This document shows, in pieces, positions 54,175 through 63,576 of a DNA stretch of 64,000 nucleotides. A program made the translations under genes and the position numbers. Source of the DNA: Chitinophagales bacterium (lineage in GTDB: Bacteria > Bacteroidota > Bacteroidia > Chitinophagales > CAIOSU01). The DNA is taken from the NCBI GenBank assembly GCA_026003335.1, contig BPHB01000003.1:129013-193012 (forward strand). The letters run 5' to 3'. The notes beneath the pieces are model-generated. The model had not been told where the DNA came from. It ran no database searches and worked only from the letters and a program-made list of their open reading frames with translations. The first letter of the stretch is position 1. The number at the start of each line of letters is the position of its first letter.

Positions 54175-55386
54175 ATGGCAAAAGATAATTTTTTTGCCCC
54201 ATCCGTTGCTGCACCTTCGGTCAGATTTTACAGTTCCATAGTTACAGCCAGAAACGAATGGGATAAAATACTCCCAGCAGGCCATACCCTTATGGGAAGC
54301 AATTATCTGGAGGCCCTGGAAACTGCCATCGGAAAAGATGTGCGGTTTTTTTATACGATAAATGAACTGGATAACGAAGCAGTTGCGTTGGGGGTATTTC
54401 AGCTTATCACCTTCAGCGGAGCTCATATAGAAAAGAACGGAACCCCAACGGAGGTATCTCTGAAAAACCTGTTATACAAAGCTGTACGAATCGCTCTGAT
54501 TAGCGTGGTTAACCAAATATCTCTGAAACTGCTCGTAAGCGGCAACAGCTTTGTAACCGGTGACTACGGCTTCTATCTCACACCGGAAGTGCGTACTACC
54601 CCAATGGTTGACACGGTGATTAACAACTCCATCCGCGAGGTTATTTTGCGAAGCAAGCAAAAGGTTGATGGTATTCTTATCAAAGATTATTATGAGAAGG
54701 ACAAGGCTTTGCTGCAGAAGCTGGTTAGTCACGGATACCTTGAATTCAGGGTAAATCCTAATATGATTCTGCAGATCCGCCCGCACTGGCATACTTTTGT
54801 TGATTACCTGGAGGATATGGTTTCCAAATACCGTACCCGCATGCGTAAAGCCTTGAAAAGGGCCTCCGCTCTTCAGGTGCGGGAAATGAATGTTGCAGAG
54901 ATTCAAAAACGCCTGCCAGAAATCCGGATACTGTACAATAATGTTCTCAATGAAGCAGCTTTCAAATTGGGCTCCTTACCACCCGAAGTATTTTTCGCAA
55001 TAAAAAGTAATCTGAAAGAGAAATTCGGCATGATAGGGTTTTTCGAGGCCGACAGGATGGTAGCTTTCATCACTTATTATCTGCATAAAGAAGATTTGGT
55101 GGCCGGTTACATGGGTATAGATCGCACCGTCAATCAGCAATATGACCTATATCTGAATATCCTGCTCAGGCTGGCAGAAACTGCCATTCTGAGAAAAATG
55201 AAGCGGGTTATATATGGGCGCACTGCCATGGAAATAAAAAGCTCCGTAGGAGCCGAGCCCTATCCGATGTATTTGTATGTCAAACATCGGTCAGTTTTGA
55301 TAAATAAGATTATCCGGCAAGTGATAAAATTCCTCTCCCGCGAAGAAAAATGGACCAAGAGAAACCCCTTTAAATCCGACCGCTGA
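54175..55386 (+). CDS. GNAT-fold acyltransferase, FemAB/BioF2-like
   Basis: ATG at 54175 (MAKDNFFAPS). The upstream track extension overlaps the previous gene. The C-terminal half (FFEADRMVAFITYYLHKEDLVAGYMGID..YLNILLRLAE) resembles FemAB-like acetyltransferase folds. Moderate call. Confidence 0.5.
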   Translation: MAKDNFFAPSVAAPSVRFYSSIVTARNEWDKILPAGHTLMGSNYLEALETAIGKDVRFFYTINELDNEAVALGVFQLITFSGAHIEKNGTPTEVSLKNLLYKAVRIALISVVNQISLKLLVSGNSFVTGDYGFYLTPEVRTTPMVDTVINNSIREVILRSKQKVDGILIKDYYEKDKALLQKLVSHGYLEFRVNPNMILQIRPHWHTFVDYLEDMVSKYRTRMRKALKRASALQVREMNVAEIQKRLPEIRILYNNVLNEAAFKLGSLPPEVFFAIKSNLKEKFGMIGFFEADRMVAFITYYLHKEDLVAGYMGIDRTVNQQYDLYLNILLRLAETAILRKMKRVIYGRTAMEIKSSVGAEPYPMYLYVKHRSVLINKIIRQVIKFLSREEKWTKRNPFKSDR

Positions 55387-55469
55387 CGGATGGAGCATCG
55401 GGGTTATTTCTCATTATTGCGGGAAATGTTGATTCATCACGGTTATTTTGATTGTCTTGCTTTTGGGTG

Positions 55470-56000
55470 ATGAGACTATTGGTTGCCTTCCTTATAGTTT
55501 TTCTGTTTGCTGTGCTGCTTTTGTGGCACTACCTGCCGGTTTTGCTCGTGAAATCGTTGTCCGGAGAAACTGCCGTACAGATAGTACCAGACCATGTGCG
55601 TACACCCGTCACACAAGAGATTGAGCGCATGCCGGGGCTATTGGACGAACTACGTCAGGAAGGTATTGAGTTAACTCTGGATGACCTTATTGAAGCTATA
55701 GATAAAGCCAGCGTGGCAGAAATAACCGCTGTGATGAGCGAACTGGAAAAAAAACAGATAACCAGTCGGAGTCAGCTGGTGGAGATACTACTGAAAAACA
55801 TGCATCTTGGTAAGCTCCATGATAAAAAAATCCTTATGGAAGTATTGCAAAAAGTGGAAATGCAGGCTATTCAAAAATGGGTGCAACTAACCCGGGATTA
55901 TGGCAAGCCTTATCCCCTTACGGTGCCGCTGGCAAAAGAAACCCTGAAGGGCCTTCTCATTGCCAGAAAAAAGGAAGTTGAACGGCAACTGAATCGGTAA
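55470..56000 (+). CDS. membrane-anchored hypothetical protein
   Basis: ATG at 55470 (MRLLVAFLIVFLFAVLLLW), followed by a helical charged domain. No family recognised. Confidence 0.5.
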   Translation: MRLLVAFLIVFLFAVLLLWHYLPVLLVKSLSGETAVQIVPDHVRTPVTQEIERMPGLLDELRQEGIELTLDDLIEAIDKASVAEITAVMSELEKKQITSRSQLVEILLKNMHLGKLHDKKILMEVLQKVEMQAIQKWVQLTRDYGKPYPLTVPLAKETLKGLLIARKKEVERQLNR

Positions 56001-56082
56001 TGATGATGGTTAAAATGTGGATAACCACGAAATCGAAAAAAAAATATAAACCGTAATAGTCGCTTTTGTCCCCCTCTTTTGT

Positions 56083-56090
56083 TACATTTG
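56083..56090 (+). promoter_or_regulatory. candidate Bacteroidota -7 promoter box TACATTTG
   Basis: Exact TAnnTTTG match 38 nt upstream of the ATG at 56129. A TTG at 56066-56068 has non-consensus spacing. Confidence 0.4.
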
Positions 56091-56128
56091 TGCCATTGCT
56101 AACTATCAAAAAAAAACGACTTAACACC

Positions 56129-57799
56129 ATGCAGAAGAGTTTTACATTTTTGAGCCTGTTGATCTTTATGGGAGGAACCTGGTTACCGGGATATTCCCAA
56201 TCTACTTTTAGCACGATTCGGAGTATAGTACAGGCAAAGTGTGCTACCTCCGGTTGCCATGATGGCAGTGTGGCTGGCGCTTTTGATGCAACCGTATCTG
56301 CCGGTGATCTTTACGACATGCTCATAAACGGCATTCCCGAAAATCAAACTGCAGTTCAAAAAGGAAACAAACTCGTAGAACCCGGACACCCCTACAACAG
56401 CTTTTTCCTCAGAAAAATAGCCGGTCCGGAATTTGACCCCTTCATGACCCTGGATGCCGGTGAATCAGATAATAAGCATGCTTACAATGCCTCCGCCCCC
56501 CTATTGGAAAAATATGAGATTGAGCTCATCCGGCAATGGATTATCAAAGGCGCACCGGAAACGGGGAATGCAGTAAACTATCCATTGCTGCAGGACTATT
56601 ACATCAATGGGGGCACACCCTTTATTCCTGTACCACCGGCACCTCAGGCAGGAAAAGGAATTCAATTCAGAATGGGACCGATTTTCCTTGCTCCTGGAGA
56701 AGAGATTGAAGTAATGAAAAAAGAGTATGTACGCAATCAAAGCGTGGCTAAAATTTCTCGCATGAGTGGGTATATGACCACGCAGTCACACCATCTTTTA
56801 TTGTTTAAAATGGATGACAATGGCAGAAGCACCCGCGAAGGCACCCGGGTCGTTCCTTTGGAAGGACAACCTTTCAACAACGGAACCCTTACCGGTGCAT
56901 GGCAGGATGATGGAGACCTAAATCTGCCCGAAGGCACTGCGTTTATCTGGGATGCCAATACAGTACTGGATTTTGATTACCATATCACCAACCGGGGCAA
57001 CAATGAAATTCTCCCTGCGGACTTCTATTTAAATATTGAGTTCTATGATCTGCCCTCGCCACCCATAGAAATGCATGCCCAGCTGGAAAATGTCATAGCG
57101 CTCCTGCTTCCTATGGGCGAATCTGTCAGAACAGACGTGCACCGCCCGGGCGGAGGTACCCGTTACATCTGGCTTATCACCACCCATACCCACAAATTCG
57201 GAACGGATTATGACATCTATCTGCGCAATCCTGATGGAAGCCGCGGAGAACAGATATATGAGGGCTTCTATGACGTGAATTATGAATATCCGGTAGGATA
57301 TTACGACTGGGAGCATCCTCCAATCAGAAAATTTGAACCCGAACTGAAACCATTTAACGGCTCTGACGGACTGATTTTTGAAACCAGATGGGATGTAACA
57401 GGTCCCTGTACCCTGCCTTCTTTTCTGGGGTGCGTGTCCTTTGGCCTTACAACTGCTGATGAGATGCAGCTTTTCACGTATCTGTACACCAATGAACCTG
57501 TGCCCGCCAAGCCCACCAGCGTGCAGACTTTGGGAAGTGATGTACAATATCTGACCGTTTACCCCAATCCGGCAAGTGACCATGCTGTGGTTACCTATAC
57601 GGTTGAAAAGCCGGCTCAGGTAAGCGTAGAACTGTTTGATGTGATGGGCAAAAAAATAGCCACCCTGCAAGATGAGAAACAAACTGCAGGCACCTACAAT
57701 CTTCAGATGCCTACCCAACAGATGAGTCGGGGGGTATATTTTGTTTCACTCAGTGTAGACGGAAAAGTCATCGGTACACGCAAAGTAACTTTGCTGTGA
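56129..57799 (+). CDS. copper type II ascorbate-dependent monooxygenase (PHM/DBH)-like protein with T9SS CTD
   Basis: ATG at 56129 and signal MQKSFTFLSLLIFMGGTWLPGYSQ. SHHLLLF (56789-56794 encodes HH), DYHITN, THTHKFG (57185-57193) and TADEMQLF (Met at 57464-57466) mirror the PHM copper ligands HH..H / HxH..M. CTD VYPNPASDHAVV..GVYFVSL. Confidence 0.65.
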   Translation: MQKSFTFLSLLIFMGGTWLPGYSQSTFSTIRSIVQAKCATSGCHDGSVAGAFDATVSAGDLYDMLINGIPENQTAVQKGNKLVEPGHPYNSFFLRKIAGPEFDPFMTLDAGESDNKHAYNASAPLLEKYEIELIRQWIIKGAPETGNAVNYPLLQDYYINGGTPFIPVPPAPQAGKGIQFRMGPIFLAPGEEIEVMKKEYVRNQSVAKISRMSGYMTTQSHHLLLFKMDDNGRSTREGTRVVPLEGQPFNNGTLTGAWQDDGDLNLPEGTAFIWDANTVLDFDYHITNRGNNEILPADFYLNIEFYDLPSPPIEMHAQLENVIALLLPMGESVRTDVHRPGGGTRYIWLITTHTHKFGTDYDIYLRNPDGSRGEQIYEGFYDVNYEYPVGYYDWEHPPIRKFEPELKPFNGSDGLIFETRWDVTGPCTLPSFLGCVSFGLTTADEMQLFTYLYTNEPVPAKPTSVQTLGSDVQYLTVYPNPASDHAVVTYTVEKPAQVSVELFDVMGKKIATLQDEKQTAGTYNLQMPTQQMSRGVYFVSLSVDGKVIGTRKVTLL

Positions 57800-57820
57800 C
57801 CGAAAACCGACCGAAAACAT

Positions 57821-57859
57821 AAGCCGCCGGGAATAAGCCTGAGGCGGCTTTTGTTTTTT
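57821..57859 (+). terminator. rho-independent terminator
   Basis: AAGCCGCC (57821-57828), a 14-nt loop, GGCGGCTT (57843-57850), then TTGTTTTTT. It starts 22 nt after the stop at 57799. Confidence 0.75.
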
Positions 57860-57949
57860 AATGACTACACCGCCTCGGCCTACGGATGCCTTACCACACC
57901 AGGTGCCTACGAAATAAAATTTTTAATTTTACCGAAGAGCAGAGCAGCT

Positions 57950-59104
57950 ATGCACTATCATACCCTTGGGAAGATACCTCCTAAACGACACACCCAATTT
58001 AAAAAGCCAGAAGGGGGATTATATGCCGAGCAATTGGTATCAACAGAAGGCTTCTCTGACATCTACTCGCTTTTCTATCATATTCATCCTCCAACTCAAG
58101 TCCTTAAGGTGGATAAGCCCTATTCCGTTGCTCCGCAGATTGCTGAGGAAGGCAACATGCAACACCGTGCCTTTGAAGGGTTTCTTGTGAAGCCCCAGAA
58201 AGATTACCTGAAAAGCAGGGTTCCCGTGCTGGTAAATGCTGACTGTCAGATATCTCTGGCTGCACCTACGCACTCATTTGACAAAAATTTCTTTAAAAAT
58301 TCCTCCGCAGATGAACTCATCTTTGTGCACGAGGGTGGGGGTACCTTAAAAACACCCTACGGCAGCCTCCGTTTCCGCTCAGGAGATTATCTGATTATTC
58401 CGCGCGGGACGATATACCAGATTACATTTGATGATAAAAATAACCGCCTGCTCATCGTTGAATCCTTCAGCCCTATAAGAACTCCTAAACGTTATCGTAA
58501 CGCTTTTGGTCAGTTGCTGGAACATGCCCCGTACTGCGAAAGAGACATACGCAAACCCGCAAATCTGGAAACTTTTGATCAACGGGGTGACTTTCTCATC
58601 TACATAAAAAAACAACATCTCATTTATCCCTACCATTATGCTACACATCCGTTTGATGTGGTAGGATGGGACGGCTACCTGTATCCGTATGCTTTTTCTA
58701 TTCATGACTTTGAGCCCATTACAGGTCGTATTCATCAGCCTCCTCCGGTGCATCAGACTTTTGAAGCAAGAAATTTTGTTGTTTGTTCATTCGTGCCGCG
58801 CATGTATGATTATCACCCATTAGCTATACCTGCTCCCTATAATCATAGTAATGTGGATTCGGATGAAGTGCTTTATTATGTGGAGGGAGAGTTTATGAGC
58901 CGTAAACATGTAAGCCGTGGCATGATATCTCTGCATCCTATCGGCATTCCGCATGGCCCGCATCCCGGTGCGGTTGAAAGAAGCATAGGAGCGAAAGAAA
59001 CACGCGAACTTGCAGTGATGATTGATACATTCCGCCCGCTTAAACTAACCCGGCAGGCGTTAGATATAGAAATAAAGAACTATTATAAAAGCTGGGTGGA
59101 ATGA
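57950..59104 (+). CDS. hmgA: homogentisate 1,2-dioxygenase
   Basis: ATG at 57950 (MHYHTLGKIPPKRHTQF). The tracked upstream extension would run through the terminator. About 384 aa, of the cupin-type HGD class found in Bacteroidota. Lies directly upstream of hppD. Confidence 0.8.
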   Translation: MHYHTLGKIPPKRHTQFKKPEGGLYAEQLVSTEGFSDIYSLFYHIHPPTQVLKVDKPYSVAPQIAEEGNMQHRAFEGFLVKPQKDYLKSRVPVLVNADCQISLAAPTHSFDKNFFKNSSADELIFVHEGGGTLKTPYGSLRFRSGDYLIIPRGTIYQITFDDKNNRLLIVESFSPIRTPKRYRNAFGQLLEHAPYCERDIRKPANLETFDQRGDFLIYIKKQHLIYPYHYATHPFDVVGWDGYLYPYAFSIHDFEPITGRIHQPPPVHQTFEARNFVVCSFVPRMYDYHPLAIPAPYNHSNVDSDEVLYYVEGEFMSRKHVSRGMISLHPIGIPHGPHPGAVERSIGAKETRELAVMIDTFRPLKLTRQALDIEIKNYYKSWVE

Positions 59105-59153
59105 GTAAAACGGATAACAGCGCAATACAACATCAGCTAAAAAATTCTAAACC

Positions 59154-60287
59154 ATGGCAGTCCTTAAAGAACAAACAAAAAAAGTGTCTGCAGCCGAAGA
59201 AGATTTTTTACCAATCCACGGAACCGACTATGTAGAGTTTTATGTAGGAAATGCCAAACAGGCAGCCTACTTCTATGCGCATGCCTTCGGTTTTCAGCCT
59301 CTGGCCTATGCAGGTCTGGAAACAGGCTCAAAGGATAAAGCGTCCTACGTGCTGAGGCAAGGTAAAATAACGCTGGTGTTGACCACCAGCCTGACTCCGG
59401 ATAGCAGCATAGCGCAGCATCATCTCAAGCATGGCGATGGAGTAAAGGTCATTGCCCTTGAGGTGGACGATGCCGTACGCTCTTTTCAGGAAACAGTGAA
59501 ACGCGGTGCCCGGCCCTATCTGCAACCCGAAGTGCTGGAAGATGAAGAAGGAAAGTTAGTACGCTCCGGTATCCATACCTACGGTGATACGGTGCATCTT
59601 TTTATTGAACGCAAAGAATATAAAGGAATATTTATGCCGGGCTACCGGCCCTGGAAGGCTCCTTATGTTGTGCAACCTGTCGGATTAAAGTATATTGATC
59701 ACATGGTTGGCAATGTAGAACTCGGTAAGATGAATTACTGGGTTGAATTCTATAAAAATGTGATGGGATTCAAACAACTCGTATCTTTTGATGATAAGGA
59801 CATTTCCACCGAATATACTGCTCTGATGAGTAAGGTGATGGCTAATGGGAATGACAGAATCAAATTTCCGATTAACGAACCGGCTCGGGGCAAGAAAAAA
59901 TCACAGATAGAAGAATATCTGGACTTTTACCAGGGGCCTGGCGTTCAGCATATAGCCATGGCTACCGAGGACATTATTTTCACTGTGAGTGAGCTTAGAA
60001 GGAGAGGCGTTGAATTCCTTTACGTGCCAGACAACTATTATGACACAGTAGCTGAACGCTGCGGCACCATTGATGAACCGGTTGAAGAGCTTAAAAAACT
60101 GAATATCCTGGTGGATCGGGATGACGAGGGGTATTTATTGCAGATATTCACAAAACCTGTTGAAGACAGACCTACCGTTTTCTATGAAATCATTCAACGC
60201 AAGGGAGCTCGTTCATTCGGGAAAGGTAATTTCAAGGCACTCTTTGAATCCATTGAACGGGAACAGCAACTGCGGGGTACGCTGTAA
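59154..60287 (+). CDS. hppD: 4-hydroxyphenylpyruvate dioxygenase
   Basis: 377 aa with two VOC modules. GVQHIAMATEDI and FYEIIQRKG..FGKGNFKALFESIEREQ signatures. Confidence 0.92.
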   Translation: MAVLKEQTKKVSAAEEDFLPIHGTDYVEFYVGNAKQAAYFYAHAFGFQPLAYAGLETGSKDKASYVLRQGKITLVLTTSLTPDSSIAQHHLKHGDGVKVIALEVDDAVRSFQETVKRGARPYLQPEVLEDEEGKLVRSGIHTYGDTVHLFIERKEYKGIFMPGYRPWKAPYVVQPVGLKYIDHMVGNVELGKMNYWVEFYKNVMGFKQLVSFDDKDISTEYTALMSKVMANGNDRIKFPINEPARGKKKSQIEEYLDFYQGPGVQHIAMATEDIIFTVSELRRRGVEFLYVPDNYYDTVAERCGTIDEPVEELKKLNILVDRDDEGYLLQIFTKPVEDRPTVFYEIIQRKGARSFGKGNFKALFESIEREQQLRGTL

Positions 60288-60439
60288 AACTGCTTTATTT
60301 ACTTCCTATATCCTGTATTCATGTGCACTCACTCGTATTAACCTGCACATAAGCAGGCATAGCTCTATGGTTAACCATTATGGAATAAAAATAAAGCCAG
60401 TAGGGAATAAACGGCATTTTTATTATCTTGGATTAGAAT

Positions 60440-60619
60440 ATGATTGCCGTTTGGATACTTCAAAATATTCTAGCCGTTGCTCTGCTGGAAATTTACGAGC
60501 CTGAGCAATACATTGAGAAGCTTCTTTATGAATATTGGTATATAGTTCTTCCTCTTCTGGCAATCTTTTTATTTCTGGTCATCCGTTGGCGCATACGCAA
60601 GATTGAATCCGGTGATTAA
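60440..60619 (+). CDS. possible 59-aa small membrane protein (below the ORF-track cutoff)
   Basis: Hand translation: MIAVWILQNILAVALLEIYEPEQYIEKLLYEYWYIVLPLLAIFLFLVIRWRIRKIESGD. It has a hydrophobic helix followed by a positive cluster and sits in an otherwise empty 373-nt gap. Confidence 0.3.
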   Translation: MIAVWILQNILAVALLEIYEPEQYIEKLLYEYWYIVLPLLAIFLFLVIRWRIRKIESGD

Positions 60620-60660
60620 TATACAGAGCTATTTTACGGAACCGTAAATTCGCATCCGGA

Positions 60661-61377
60661 ATGGAATACTATTTCATTACCGGTAGCAGTCGTGGCATAG
60701 GCAAAGCGCTGGTAACGGCCCTTTTGGAGAAAAAAGGTGTTCACATAACCGGTATATCCCGCAACAACACACTTGTACATTCAGCCTACAACCACGTCAG
60801 TATGGATTTAGCCGATGTAGAGTCTGTGGCTGCTTACCGTTTTCCCGAATATACAGATGCTACCCGCCTTGTACTTGTAAACAATGCTGCTACCCTGGAA
60901 GAAGTTAAGCATCTCGGACATCTGGCCCCGCAGACTATCATCCGTGAATACACAATTAATCTTATCGCGCCTGCCTTATTGATGAACGCCTTCATCCATA
61001 CCTATCAGGATTATACATGCAGAAAGCTTATCATAAACATTACTTCCGGAGCCGCACAAAATCCTTATGACGGCTGGGCGGTGTACTGTTCATCCAAGGC
61101 TGGCTTAGATATGCTCACCCGGGTTGCCGCCACTGAACAGGCCTCAGGCAAAAGGCATCCGATAAACGTGCGGGCCATTGCGCCCGGGGTGGTTGAAACT
61201 GCCATGCAGGAAAAACTGCGGCAAGCGGATGCGGAGCATTTCTCCGCAAAACAAAAATTTATTGATCTCTATGTTCAGCAGAAATTATATGATCCACGGG
61301 ATGTGGCCACCCGGCTGATGCAGATCATGGAACACCCTGAGCATGTGCGGGATATAGTATCCCGTATTGTACTTTAA
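60661..61377 (+). CDS. short-chain dehydrogenase/reductase (SDR) family oxidoreductase
   Basis: 238 aa. ITGSSRGIGKAL cofactor motif, NNAA, and catalytic Y-x3-K (YCSSK). Confidence 0.85.
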   Translation: MEYYFITGSSRGIGKALVTALLEKKGVHITGISRNNTLVHSAYNHVSMDLADVESVAAYRFPEYTDATRLVLVNNAATLEEVKHLGHLAPQTIIREYTINLIAPALLMNAFIHTYQDYTCRKLIINITSGAAQNPYDGWAVYCSSKAGLDMLTRVAATEQASGKRHPINVRAIAPGVVETAMQEKLRQADAEHFSAKQKFIDLYVQQKLYDPRDVATRLMQIMEHPEHVRDIVSRIVL

Positions 61378-62369
61378 CCTGCAAGTAGGTTGCAACCGCG
61401 CAACTCTGCTGTATCCATTCGGCCTAATACTTCAAAGGTTCCATCCGGATAAAGCTTACCCAGGTCTCCGGTTTGAATGAAGCTGCAGGAATACACATTC
61501 GTCAAATCAATAACATTGATGGCTCCGGTTTTACCATAGGGCAGAAAAGAAGCCGGGTCGTAAGGGTCTCTTATCAGGATGCGCATCCATGGAGGACATC
61601 GGAACAATCCGTTTTTCAGAGCGTAGGCCTGGGAAAGCAGTTCAGTCATTCCATATTCTGAACAGATGCGATCCGTGCCGAAACTTTTCATGAGGCGCTC
61701 ATGCAGTTCAGCACGGGTGATTTCTTTGCCGCGCCCTTTCATACCTCCGGTTTCCATTACGGTGGTGTGGCGCAACGGAAGCGGAAATTGTTCGGCAAAG
61801 TCAAGCAGGGCAAACGAAACGCCTAAAAGGAGCGTTTTCTGAGAACACTCTTCAAGCTCCAGCAAGCTCTGGTGCAATTGATCAAAGGCATAAAGAAAAA
61901 AGCCCTGTTTCGGATGTGCACTCAATTGCATCAGATGATTTACCATGTAAACCAGTGACGAGTGCGACCGATCAAGATAAGAAGGCAACAGGGCAAGAAT
62001 GCAGAAATCCTTCGGGTTGCCCAAAAAAATATGGAACGCTGCGGTAAGACTTTTTTCATAAAGTGATTTATCAGCAATGTAATGGCGGGAAGGGGTTTGA
62101 CCAGTGGTGCCACTGCTTTCAAAAACAAGCTCTACAGGACGGGTGCCCGTGATGATGCGGTGGGTTTTAAAAAATTCAATAGGCAGAAATGGAATTTCTT
62201 CTATGCGCGAGACAGATGCCGGTGTTTTTCCGAGCAGCCTGATAAACTCTCCGTAAACAGCATTTTGAGCAGCCTGCAGCCGGAAAATGTCCAGAGCCAC
62301 CTTGGTGAATTCCTCTTCACTGCCTATGGCAAAAATGCGGGGTATTAGTGCAAAAGTTTGTTTATCCAA
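61374..62369 (-). CDS. LuxE-like acyl-protein synthetase / adenylate-forming family protein
   Basis: 331 aa. FESSGTTGQTPSRHY and METGGMKGRGKE motifs. Confidence 0.7.
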   Translation of the reverse strand: MDKQTFALIPRIFAIGSEEEFTKVALDIFRLQAAQNAVYGEFIRLLGKTPASVSRIEEIPFLPIEFFKTHRIITGTRPVELVFESSGTTGQTPSRHYIADKSLYEKSLTAAFHIFLGNPKDFCILALLPSYLDRSHSSLVYMVNHLMQLSAHPKQGFFLYAFDQLHQSLLELEECSQKTLLLGVSFALLDFAEQFPLPLRHTTVMETGGMKGRGKEITRAELHERLMKSFGTDRICSEYGMTELLSQAYALKNGLFRCPPWMRILIRDPYDPASFLPYGKTGAINVIDLTNVYSCSFIQTGDLGKLYPDGTFEVLGRMDTAELRGCNLLAG

Positions 62370-62418
62370 ATGCCGGATGAGTTATGGTAAAATGCTAATA
62401 TTGGTAATCAGATTTGCT

Positions 62419-62955
62419 GTGAAGAAAATTAAAACTTATTGGATGATTGGGCTTATGGCCTTTGCTGCCGGGTGCTCCAATCCGCCTGACTATCCGGTGG
62501 AGCCTGTATTAAAGCTGGTATCGTTATCGCGTAATGTAATCTATCAAAATCCCACCGGCAGTAGCCCGGGCGATTCGGTAAGGGTGATTTTTGAGTTTAC
62601 TGATGGCGATGGCGATTTGGGGTTTGAAAACTATCAGTCTGAAAGCTGTAACTTGTGTGACACTCTGGATTGCTATGAACACAGCACTTTGAGTTTGTTT
62701 TTATTTGATAACCGACAGCCCGGATGTCTTATTCCCTATAATTTACCATACATTCCTCCGCGGGGGAGTTCAGATGCTATTTCCGGAACCATTGACCTGG
62801 TTATTTCCTCCATTTGCTGCATTAAGAATTCTTTTCCCTGTCTTCCGTACCCTGGACAAACCGATACGGTAATTTATTCAGTGCAAATCAGGGATCGCGC
62901 AGGAAACCGGAGCAGCCGCCTTGAATTGCCCCCGATAACCATCATTTGTAACTGA
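62419..62955 (+). CDS. lipoprotein, hypothetical
   Basis: A GTG at 62419 gives (M)KKIKTYWMIGLMAFAAGC-SNPP, a lipobox. Alternative starts are 62377 and 62443. No family recognised. Confidence 0.5.
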   Translation: MKKIKTYWMIGLMAFAAGCSNPPDYPVEPVLKLVSLSRNVIYQNPTGSSPGDSVRVIFEFTDGDGDLGFENYQSESCNLCDTLDCYEHSTLSLFLFDNRQPGCLIPYNLPYIPPRGSSDAISGTIDLVISSICCIKNSFPCLPYPGQTDTVIYSVQIRDRAGNRSSRLELPPITIICN

Positions 62956-63000
62956 TTGTCTGATCAGGAGCTGAAGCTATAGGCTGCTTTTTATCCATAT

Positions 63001-63450
63001 TTAGTTAATGATGAAAGTACCGCAGTACAAATTGCTGCCGCTACTGATTTTGTAGATGTAGGTGCCTGCTTCCAGCATTTCATTGCCCAGTGTGATGGTT
63101 CTGCTGGATGGATTTACCACAGAAGCAACCCAGCCATTGGTTAGGCTATAGATATCTACCTGATTGATGGGAAGTGTGTTTTCCAGGCTAATGGTAATCT
63201 GGTTACCGACTGCAGTTTCTTTAACGGAACCATACCTGCTGAGAAGTTCTTCTTCATTTACCCGGGTACGAATATTTAGGGCTTTCAGGTAAGCGTCAAT
63301 ATCATGATCCTTGCCAGCCTCCGATTGATCTGTTAAAACCATATGTATATCTGCAGACGTATTAACACAGTCTTTTGCATAAAGTCTGGCATAGAGTGCC
63401 ATTTGAACGATGAGAAGTACAAAGAGGAGAATTGCAATTTTTTTCAGCAT
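63001..63450 (-). CDS. small secreted protein with T9SS type-A CTD
   Basis: 149 aa. Signal MLKKIAILLFVLLIVQMALYA. C-terminal VDIYSLTNGW...GTYIYKISSGSNLYCGTFIIN. Confidence 0.6.
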   Translation of the reverse strand: MLKKIAILLFVLLIVQMALYARLYAKDCVNTSADIHMVLTDQSEAGKDHDIDAYLKALNIRTRVNEEELLSRYGSVKETAVGNQITISLENTLPINQVDIYSLTNGWVASVVNPSSRTITLGNEMLEAGTYIYKISSGSNLYCGTFIIN

Positions 63451-63576
63451 AGCTAAGTGTTTTAATTGTTGGAGACCTATTCTAAATCTGCAGAGAGGGA
63501 AACCAGAGAGTGGAAACGATTGATGAGGGTAATGTAATACAAAGGTCCAGTGCTGTCAAATTTTTTTTTAAATGAT

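Noticed and set aside
57029-57718. 229-aa minus-strand ORF inside the PHM-like gene
   Set aside because: Shadow ORF. The plus frame has the copper-ligand pattern and the CTD.
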